Source: an uncultured bacterium (GTDB lineage: Bacteria > Lernaellota > Lernaellaia > Lernaellales > Lernaellaceae). From it: a stretch of 14,138 nt of DNA. Where the stretch lies: contig CAZHPN010000159.1 of the NCBI GenBank assembly GCA_964534375.1, positions 1-14,138 on the forward strand. Reading direction: 5' to 3'. The notes under the pieces were generated by a model. That model was not told the DNA's origin and did not search any database. It saw only the letters and a program-made list of their open reading frames with translations. The number at the start of each line of letters is the position of its first letter. Positions within the stretch are counted from its first letter, which is position 1. The position numbers and the translations under genes were made by a program. Positions 8,601 through 14,138 of this stretch are shown here, in pieces.

Positions 8601-10561
8601 GCGCGGGTGTCGCGCACGAGGTTGCCGTGGGTCGCGAAAACGTAGGCCGTGGCGACGACGCCGCCGGCCAGGTCGTCGGTCGCCGGCACGTCGACGGTCG
8701 CCACGCCGTCGGTCACATTCGCGCTCGTCGTGAGCAGGGTTTGGTTCTGGCGCACGAGGTCGAAGTAGATAGTGGGCGTCGCGCTTTTGCCGACGTGCGC
8801 CGTCAGGTGGATGACATCGCCGACGTTATACGTTGGTTGATCGGCGCGCAGCAGCAGCGCCAGCGGCTCGCGTTCGGGCCGCAGCCGCAGCGTTTCGGCG
8901 ACCTCATTGCCGCGGTCGTCGCGGGCGCGGATGGTGAACACGAACTCGCCCCGCTCGGGCGCGTCGATCTCGAATTCGGCGATGCCGTAGCGGTCGGTGG
9001 GGATCGCCTGCGCGGTCTTCTGCCAACCATCTTCGCGTGGCGGATTGCCGGGCAGCGCCGCGACGCGCGCCGCGGCCGGCGAGCCGTCGGGCGTCGTGAC
9101 CATGACGTACACGCGGTTGTGCAGGCCCGCGATCAGTTGACCGCTTTCGGGCAACGCCTGAATCACGAGCGGCGCCTTGGCGACCGGGAACGACCGCAGC
9201 GCCTCTTGCGTGTGGCCGGCGGGGTCGACGACAGTGACGTGCAACTGCACGCGCGCCTTGCCCTGGTCGGCCTGCGTGCCGGTCAGGATTTCCGGCGTTT
9301 GCATCTCGAACGTGAAACGGCCTTCGCCGTCGGTCTTGCCCTTGATCGTGGCGAAGGTCTCGACGCCGACGATCGTCGCCAGCCCCTCGACGGTCACGTC
9401 CGCGTTGGCGGTCGGCTTGCCGAACACATAGTCCGCCTTGACGACGCCGGTGATGAGTTGGCGCGGCAGATACCAGGCGCGGTCGGCGTCGATCTGCACC
9501 TTGAATTTCGGCAGCGCGTAACGTTTGACCTCGACCGTCTTCTCGGCCCGGCTTTCGGCGATCGACGCCGCGATCTGGTACGCGCCCATGTTCACCTCGT
9601 CGGCGAGCGTGAAATCGGCGTGGAAAATTCCGTAAGCGTCGGAACGGGCCGCTTTCTTGAAGACCTTGTTGCCCTTGGCGTCGCGGATTTCGATCAGCGC
9701 ATCCTGTTCGGCGACCGGCCGGCGCGCCGCCTGCGACAGAGCCAGGGCGCGCACGTGCATCGTCTGGCCCGGCTGGTAGAGCGGCTTGTCGGTCGTCAGC
9801 AGCACCTTGGCGTCGCGGTGGATTTGCGCCGCTTCGCGCACCTCGTCGACCTGCCCGCGCCACGCGGCCTCGACGACCAGCGCCGGTTCGGTCAGCGGTG
9901 TCGCGGGGACCTGGAACGAAAGATCCAACCCGCCGTCGGGGCCGGTCATCCCCGTGAAAACCGTGGACGAGCCTTCTTTGTCCGCGAACGCGACCGTGAT
10001 CGCCGCGCCGCTGAGCGGCTCGCCGTTGAAGCGGTTCGTGGCCACGGCCCGCGCCGCGGCCTGGCTGCCCGCTTGAAAAGTCGTCCGCGCGACCAGGCGC
10101 AACTCGAGCGAGCCGACCGCTTCGGCCAGGCTCATTGAATGCGTGGTCGCGCCCGCCGGGTCGACAACGCGATAACACAGCAGATGCAGCGCTTCGGCGC
10201 CGGGCCGGAACACGTCCGTCTCCGCGTATGGGCCGTGATGACGGCCGGCGCTGCCGTAGGGAATTCGCGCGAGGGCGACCTGTTCGTCGGGTCGGTACTC
10301 CAATTTTGCGGCGGCGGCTTCGCGTTTGCCGTCGAGCCGCGCCAGCCAGACCTCGGACGGCCCCGCGGCCGGCCACGTTTCGCCGGCGTCGGGGCGGATT
10401 TGCACGGTCAGCCAGCCGTCGTGGATCTGGCCGGCTGCGTGTCCTTTGCCGAAATCGGGGAGCGAATTGGCGTCGGCCGTCCTTGCGGAAAAACAGCCCG
10501 CGAGGGCGATCCAAGCCGCCACCATTGCGCTGCACGCGAAAAACCTGCGAAAAGCTTTCAT
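5678..10561 (-). CDS. Alpha-2-macroglobulin-family thioester-containing lipoprotein (~1627 aa)
   Basis: Start moved to the ATG at 10561 (GGAGG RBS at 10567-10571, then signal peptide MKAFRRFF...IALAG-C with a lipobox). MG-domain motif TDKPLYQPGQ, VREYFPETLY, MADSITTW, thioester PYGCFEQ (GCFEQ at 7103-7117), YYSTQATV, C-terminal VDVGIPPGF-like and YDYYNP motifs. Confidence 0.95.
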   Translation of the reverse strand: MKAFRRFFACSAMVAAWIALAGCFSARTADANSLPDFGKGHAAGQIHDGWLTVQIRPDAGETWPAAGPSEVWLARLDGKREAAAAKLEYRPDEQVALARIPYGSAGRHHGPYAETDVFRPGAEALHLLCYRVVDPAGATTHSMSLAEAVGSLELRLVARTTFQAGSQAAARAVATNRFNGEPLSGAAITVAFADKEGSSTVFTGMTGPDGGLDLSFQVPATPLTEPALVVEAAWRGQVDEVREAAQIHRDAKVLLTTDKPLYQPGQTMHVRALALSQAARRPVAEQDALIEIRDAKGNKVFKKAARSDAYGIFHADFTLADEVNMGAYQIAASIAESRAEKTVEVKRYALPKFKVQIDADRAWYLPRQLITGVVKADYVFGKPTANADVTVEGLATIVGVETFATIKGKTDGEGRFTFEMQTPEILTGTQADQGKARVQLHVTVVDPAGHTQEALRSFPVAKAPLVIQALPESGQLIAGLHNRVYVMVTTPDGSPAAARVAALPGNPPREDGWQKTAQAIPTDRYGIAEFEIDAPERGEFVFTIRARDDRGNEVAETLRLRPEREPLALLLRADQPTYNVGDVIHLTAHVGKSATPTIYFDLVRQNQTLLTTSANVTDGVATVDVPATDDLAGGVVATAYVFATHGNLVRDTRALYINPAADLHVDIRPDKEVHRPGENAAIDFAVADAGGHPVAAALGVTIVDEAVFALQDMQPGLEKIFFTLEKELMTPRYEAHSFDPAFIVLRPHGDPELLRAQQVMFAAVKPALLPPTDRKIATDMDPEVRKALEKQVRADLRRIARKYAKSSSQKHVPTDAELDPWSTPYRVYAEKNIVYRLDSAGPDRKFGTEDDISVTDDTALAKVEGSGNHGRRVMAKGAAMPDMAAFADIAPPMPMAAQAGMGMKRERVDKPAVEEQNEAGKKTGGEAAVRVREYFPETLYVNPALITGPDGRAHVELPMADSITTWRVAALAVSRDGWLGSGTAPLRVFQDFFIDIDFPATLTRGDSVSVPIALYNYLAKPQTVTLKFAAGDWFELLEGGLTRTVSLAPNEVKAEWLKLKATSVGRHELTVVAKGSNQSDAVKRAVLIEPDGKMFESEISDRLQNEKHVNVNFPGGTVPGADKLFVKIHPGLMSQVLEGLDNIFRMPYGCFEQTSSTTYPNVMALAYLKATRQATPELQMKAEGFINQGYQRLLTFEVPGGGFEWFGRAPAHVILTAYGLMEFSDMSKVYNVDADVIRRTQRWLAAKQQPDGSWQPSARVLDAVAAAFTTDVVRNTAYVAWALARTGEKGGAVAKGVSFLEGHRAQAKDAYTVALVANALVEGGAKPASLDAVFAQLAQLRTDEGEISYWPSPVKTALRGGGKSADIETTALAALALLRANREPQVVNRVATYLIRSKDAFGTYYSTQATVWALHVLLGVAQAGAGDINGQATVVVNGQRAGEFRITPADSDVLRQIDASGLVREGDNDVELSFAGKGEPAFQVVGRYYLPWDRHAEEKQKPITIDVAYDKTRLAVAEEVVCTTTVANHAPGDFGMVVIDVGIPPGFAPVAETLAKLVESKQIAKFSATARQATFYIDKLAMHQSLTLSFKLKALYPVRAVAPESKAYDYYNPDTSDIAPPAEFTVK

Positions 10562-10633
10562 CGTCGCCTCCGTGTACGATGCGATCGTTACACCTGAATC
10601 GACAAGCGCCGCCGCGAAAAGTTCCACCCGTGA

Positions 10634-10661
10634 TTGAGCGCGGAAGGCTTTATGTTACATT
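10634..10661 (+). promoter_or_regulatory. Probable sigma70 promoter of the desulfurase-mnmA-ThiF/MoeB operon
   Basis: TTGAGC (10634-10639), 16-nt spacer ending in TGn, TACATT (10656-10661); AT-rich island about 45 nt upstream of GTG 10707. Confidence 0.5.
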
Positions 10662-10706
10662 ATTTCGCGCCGCGGCGCGGCCCGCCCGCCGCGCGGGGAG
10701 ACGAAA

Positions 10707-11861
10707 GTGAAGCGAATTTATCTCGACCATAACGCGACGACGCGGCCCGCGCCGGAAGTCGTCGAGGCGATGCTGCCGTTTCTTCGCGAAGATTTCGGCA
10801 ACCCTTCGAGCATCCATTGGTTCGGGCAGCAGGCGCACCGGGCGCTTGACCGCGCCCGCGAGCAGGCCGCGCGACTGATCGGCGCGGCGCCCGACGAGAT
10901 CGTTTTCACCAGCGGCGGCACCGAGGCCGACAACCACGCCTTGCGCGGCGTCGCCGACGCGCCCGGCGCGCGCGGCCGCGCGCTCGTCACCAGCGCGATC
11001 GAGCACCACGCGATCCTCGCCGCGTGCCGCTTCCTGGAATCCCGAGGAACGCCGATCGTCCATCTCGGCGTCGACGAAACCGGCTTGGTCGACCCGGCGC
11101 AGGCCCGCGCGGCGCTCGCCGGCGGCGCGGCGCTGGTCTCGGTCATGCTGGCCAACAACGACGTGGGCACGGTCGAACCCGTCGCCGAAATCGCCGCGGC
11201 GGCCCGCGAACGCGGCGCGTTGTCGCACACGGACGCGGTGCAGGCGGTCGGCAAGATCCCGGTGAACGTCGCCGAACTGGGCGTGGACCTGCTCTCGTTT
11301 TCCAGCCACAAAATCTACGGCCCGAAGGGCGTCGGCGCGCTTTACGTGCGGCGCGGCGCCGCGTTGTCGCCCTTGCTCTTCGGGGGCAGCCACGAGGGCC
11401 GGCGGCGCGGCGGCACCGAGAACGTGCCGGGCATCGTCGGGTTCGGCAACGCCTGCGAACTGGCCGCGCAGCGGCTCGCGGCGCGGGCCGAACGCGCGGC
11501 GCGGCGGCGCGACCGCCTGCAGCAAGAGCTGCTTGCGCGGTTCCCGGCGGCGCGCGTCAACGGCCACGCGACGCGGCGTCTGCCGAACACGCTGAATATC
11601 ACATTTCCGGGCTTGGACAACGAAAGCCTGCTGCTCAATCTGGATTTGCTCGGCGTCGCCGCCTCGGCCGGGTCGGCGTGCGCCAGCGGCAGCCGCGAGC
11701 CGTCGCACGTGCTGGTCGCGATGGGCCGGACGGCGGTGGAATCGCGAGGCTCGCTGCGTTTTTCGTTCGGCGAGGAAAACGAGGACGGCGACGTCGATCG
11801 CGTCGTCGAGGCGCTGGCGTCGATCGTCGCGCGGCTGGCCGCCGGGGAGCAGACGGCGTGA
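10707..11861 (+). CDS. iscS: Cysteine desulfurase, type I (IscS/NifS family, PLP-dependent), 384 aa
   Basis: IYLDHNATT, GNPSSIH, FTSGGTEADN, HTDAVQAVGK, PLP-lysine motif SSHKIYGPKG, catalytic loop SAGSACAS; GGGGAG RBS and GTG start. Symbol is family-level. Confidence 0.93.
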   Translation: MKRIYLDHNATTRPAPEVVEAMLPFLREDFGNPSSIHWFGQQAHRALDRAREQAARLIGAAPDEIVFTSGGTEADNHALRGVADAPGARGRALVTSAIEHHAILAACRFLESRGTPIVHLGVDETGLVDPAQARAALAGGAALVSVMLANNDVGTVEPVAEIAAAARERGALSHTDAVQAVGKIPVNVAELGVDLLSFSSHKIYGPKGVGALYVRRGAALSPLLFGGSHEGRRRGGTENVPGIVGFGNACELAAQRLAARAERAARRRDRLQQELLARFPAARVNGHATRRLPNTLNITFPGLDNESLLLNLDLLGVAASAGSACASGSREPSHVLVAMGRTAVESRGSLRFSFGEENEDGDVDRVVEALASIVARLAAGEQTA

Positions 11862-12943
11862 CGGCGGCGCGCGAACGCATCGTGGTCGCGATGAGCGGCG
11901 GGGTCGATTCCAGCGTCGCCGCGGCGTTGCTGCTCGAACAAGGCTTCGAGCCGATCGGCGCAACCTTGCAACTGCGGCCGTGCGAAGAAGCGACGCGCAG
12001 CCGGTCGTGCTGCAGCGCCGACGGCGCAACCTCGGCCCGCCAGGCCGCGGGCGCGCTCGGCCTCGCGCACTTCGTGCTGGATCGCGCGGCCTTGTTCGCG
12101 CAACTCGTGCTGCGGCCGACGTGGGACGAATACGCGCGCGGCCGGACGCCCAATCCGTGCGTCTGGTGCAACGAACGGATCAAATTCGGCGCGCTGCTGG
12201 AATTCGCGCACGCCATCGGCGCGTCGAAGGTCGCGACCGGCCATTACGCGCGGCTGACGCCCGACGGCGACGGCCCGCCGCGACTTTGCCGCGGCGCGGA
12301 CGCGCACAAGGATCAATCGTATTTCTTGTTTTCGTTAACCGCCCAGCAGCGCGCGGCGGCGATATTTCCGTTGGGCGATCTCGCCAAGCCCGAAGTGCGC
12401 GAGTTGGCGCGGCAGCGGGGCCTGGCCGCGGCCGACAAAGCCGAAAGTCAGGATGCGTGCTTCCTTGCCGAAGGCGCGAGCTTTGCCGAAACGCTGCGGC
12501 GGCGGTTCGACGCGCCGGCCCACGCGGGCGAGATCGTCGGCCCGGATGGGCAGGCCGTCGGCCGGCACGCGGGCGTCCATTTGTTTACCATTGGGCAACG
12601 GCAGGGGCTGGGCGTCGCGCTCGGCCGGCCGGCCTGGGTGACCGATATTGACGCTGCGACGGGGAACGTCCGCCTGGCCGTCGACGCCGACCGATTGCTC
12701 GCCCGCGCGATGATCGTCGGCGACTTTCGCTGGGCCGAGCCGCCGCGCCCGATGCCGTGCGCCGTGCAAATCCGCTATCGGCATCCGGCGGCGCCTGCCG
12801 AGATCGAGCCGCTCGGCAACGGCCGGGTCCGCGTGCGGTTCGGCGCGCCGCAACGGGCGATCACCCCCGGGCAGGCCGCGGTTTGTTATGACGGCGAACG
12901 CGTGATCGGCGGCGGCTGGATCGAAAGCGCCGTTGCGGAATAA
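11858..12943 (+). CDS. mnmA: tRNA-specific 2-thiouridylase MnmA (361 aa)
   Basis: Likely start is GTG 11858, overlapping the desulfurase stop (GTGA). PP-loop SGGVDS, TPNPCVWCN, ATGHYA, KDQSYFL, ESQDACF, FTIGQRQGLG, QIRYRH, AITPGQAAV. Confidence 0.96.
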   Translation: MTAARERIVVAMSGGVDSSVAAALLLEQGFEPIGATLQLRPCEEATRSRSCCSADGATSARQAAGALGLAHFVLDRAALFAQLVLRPTWDEYARGRTPNPCVWCNERIKFGALLEFAHAIGASKVATGHYARLTPDGDGPPRLCRGADAHKDQSYFLFSLTAQQRAAAIFPLGDLAKPEVRELARQRGLAAADKAESQDACFLAEGASFAETLRRRFDAPAHAGEIVGPDGQAVGRHAGVHLFTIGQRQGLGVALGRPAWVTDIDAATGNVRLAVDADRLLARAMIVGDFRWAEPPRPMPCAVQIRYRHPAAPAEIEPLGNGRVRVRFGAPQRAITPGQAAVCYDGERVIGGGWIESAVAE

Positions 12944-12982
12944 GATGGCGGCGGGCGACCGGCCCGAACGAAAGGGCGCACG

Positions 12983-14005
12983 ATGACCCGCGGCGCGACG
13001 CGTTATTCCCGGCATGAACTGCTGCCCGAGTGGGGCGCCGCGGGGCAGGAGCGTCTCCGCCAGGCGACGGTGCTGATTGTCGGCTGCGGCGCTCTGGGCG
13101 CGAACCAGGCGCAATTGCTGGCGCGCGCCGGCGTCGGCCGGCTGATCGTCGCCGACCGCGACGTGCCCGAACTTCACAATTTGCACCGCCAGCCGCTGTT
13201 CGACGAGGACGACGTCGCGGCCGGGACGCCCAAAGCGCTCGCCGCTGCGGCGCGGCTGCGCCGCATCAATTCCGAAATTGCGGTCGAGGCGCTGGTGATC
13301 GACGTCAATCCGCAGAACGTCGAGGCGCTGGTCGCGCGGGCCGATCTCGTGCTGGACGGCGCCGACAACTTCGAGACGCGTTTTCTGCTGAACGATGTTT
13401 GCGTCAAGCTCGGCAAACCGTGGATTTACGGCGGCGTGATCGGCGCGGAGGGAATGTTGCTCGTCGTGCGCCCCGGCGTCGGACCGTGCCTGCGGTGCGC
13501 CCTGCCGGATTTGCCCGTGGCCGGCTCGCTGCCGACCTGCGAAACCGCCGGCGTACTCAACGCGGCGCCGGCATTGATCGCGGCGCTGCAGGTCGCCGAG
13601 GCGTGCAAGCTGCTGCTCGGCGCCGGCGAACCGGCGACCGGCATGCTGCACGTCGACCTTTGGCGCGCGCGCTTCCGCACCTTCGCCGTGCGGCGGCATC
13701 CGGACTGCCCCGCGTGCGGTAAACGCGACTTCGAGTTTCTCACGCGGCGGCGCGAAAGCTGGACGGCGCGCTTGTGCGGCCGCAACGCCGTCCAGGTGAC
13801 GCCGCCGGCGCCGGCCGACCTGGCGCTCGACGACCTGGCGGAAAAACTCGGGAAGATCGGCCGGGTCGCCCGCAACGGTTTCTTCTTGAATTTCAAAATT
13901 GAGCCATACGAATTGACGATATTCCCCGACGGCCGCCTGATCGTCAAAGGCACTAACGACGAGGCCGTCGCGCGCGCCTTGTACGCGAAGTACCTCGGCG
14001 GGTGA
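12983..14005 (+). CDS. ThiF/MoeB-family (E1-like) adenylyltransferase with a C-terminal extension, 340 aa
   Basis: RYSRH, nucleotide loop VGCGALG, DRD..ELHNLHRQ, DGADNFETR, Zn motifs PCLRC and CPAC, crossover Cys in PTCETAGV; ~85-aa tail (LCGRNAVQV...FPDGRLIVKGT) instead of a rhodanese domain. Confidence 0.92.
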   Translation: MTRGATRYSRHELLPEWGAAGQERLRQATVLIVGCGALGANQAQLLARAGVGRLIVADRDVPELHNLHRQPLFDEDDVAAGTPKALAAAARLRRINSEIAVEALVIDVNPQNVEALVARADLVLDGADNFETRFLLNDVCVKLGKPWIYGGVIGAEGMLLVVRPGVGPCLRCALPDLPVAGSLPTCETAGVLNAAPALIAALQVAEACKLLLGAGEPATGMLHVDLWRARFRTFAVRRHPDCPACGKRDFEFLTRRRESWTARLCGRNAVQVTPPAPADLALDDLAEKLGKIGRVARNGFFLNFKIEPYELTIFPDGRLIVKGTNDEAVARALYAKYLGG

Positions 14006-14041
14006 GCGAGGCCGGGTGGGCCGGAGCGGGCACGGGATCGA

Positions 14042-14077
14042 CCTGGGAATTATGGGAATAATAGGAATTATGGGAGA
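14042..14077. repeat. Second 9-nt-period GGG array (4 units), downstream of the ThiF/MoeB gene
   Basis: CCTGGGAAT TATGGGAAT AATAGGAAT TATGGGAGA; starts with the same CCTGGGAAT as the array at 5532. Confidence 0.85.
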
Positions 14078-14138
14078 CGCGAGCGCTAGCCCAACTTCGC
14101 CAGTTAGGAAAAAAATGAGGGCTGATTTCGCCTGCGGC

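Noticed and set aside
5810..10138. 1442-aa ORF antisense to the macroglobulin gene
   Set aside because: It is in exact codon register with the A2M gene, so stops would need TTA/CTA/TCA sense codons, which are rare in GC-rich genes; the translation shows no recognisable motif.
10562..10627. 22-codon N-terminal extension of the A2M ORF in the ORF track
   Set aside because: The ATG at 10561 has a GGAGG RBS and begins a typical lipoprotein signal peptide.
11024..11857. Apparent 639-aa MnmA with a long N-terminal extension, or a frameshift fusion with the desulfurase
   Set aside because: The extension is the Arg/Gly-rich off-frame reading of the desulfurase gene; GTGA coupling at 11858 explains the layout and I see no slippery site.
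14089..14138. Weak hairpin plus A-tract as a terminator, or a gene start at ATG 14115 after AGGA
   Set aside because: The A-tract is on the wrong side for a terminator on either strand, and only 8 codons are visible, too few to call a CDS.

Overview
GC-rich bacterial chromosomal window with no integrase, transposase, phage or CRISPR signature. Left to right: tRNA-Arg(UCU) on the - strand at the window edge; a 1761-aa predicted single-pass membrane protein (SHOCT-like N-terminus, ~240 aa pentapeptide repeats, one TM helix, ~1400 aa TPR-like solenoid); a convergent ~1627-aa alpha-2-macroglobulin/thioester lipoprotein; and a divergent sulfur-relay operon (cysteine desulfurase, CxxC-type mnmA, ThiF/MoeB adenylyltransferase). 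Three things stand out. (1) The thioester protein's motifs look more like animal A2M/CD109/complement than E. coli YfhM, with a C4A-like 'VLD' specificity site, a pseudopilin GspG-like insert beside the bait region and no pbpC neighbour. (2) The pentapeptide-TM-giant TPR architecture. (3) Periodic intergenic arrays: 9-nt-period GGG/CCC arrays just after stop codons (one forming a large inverted repeat with G-quadruplex motifs on both strands) and a 7-nt-period array by the tRNA. All family assignments are by-eye motif recognition; no searches were run.
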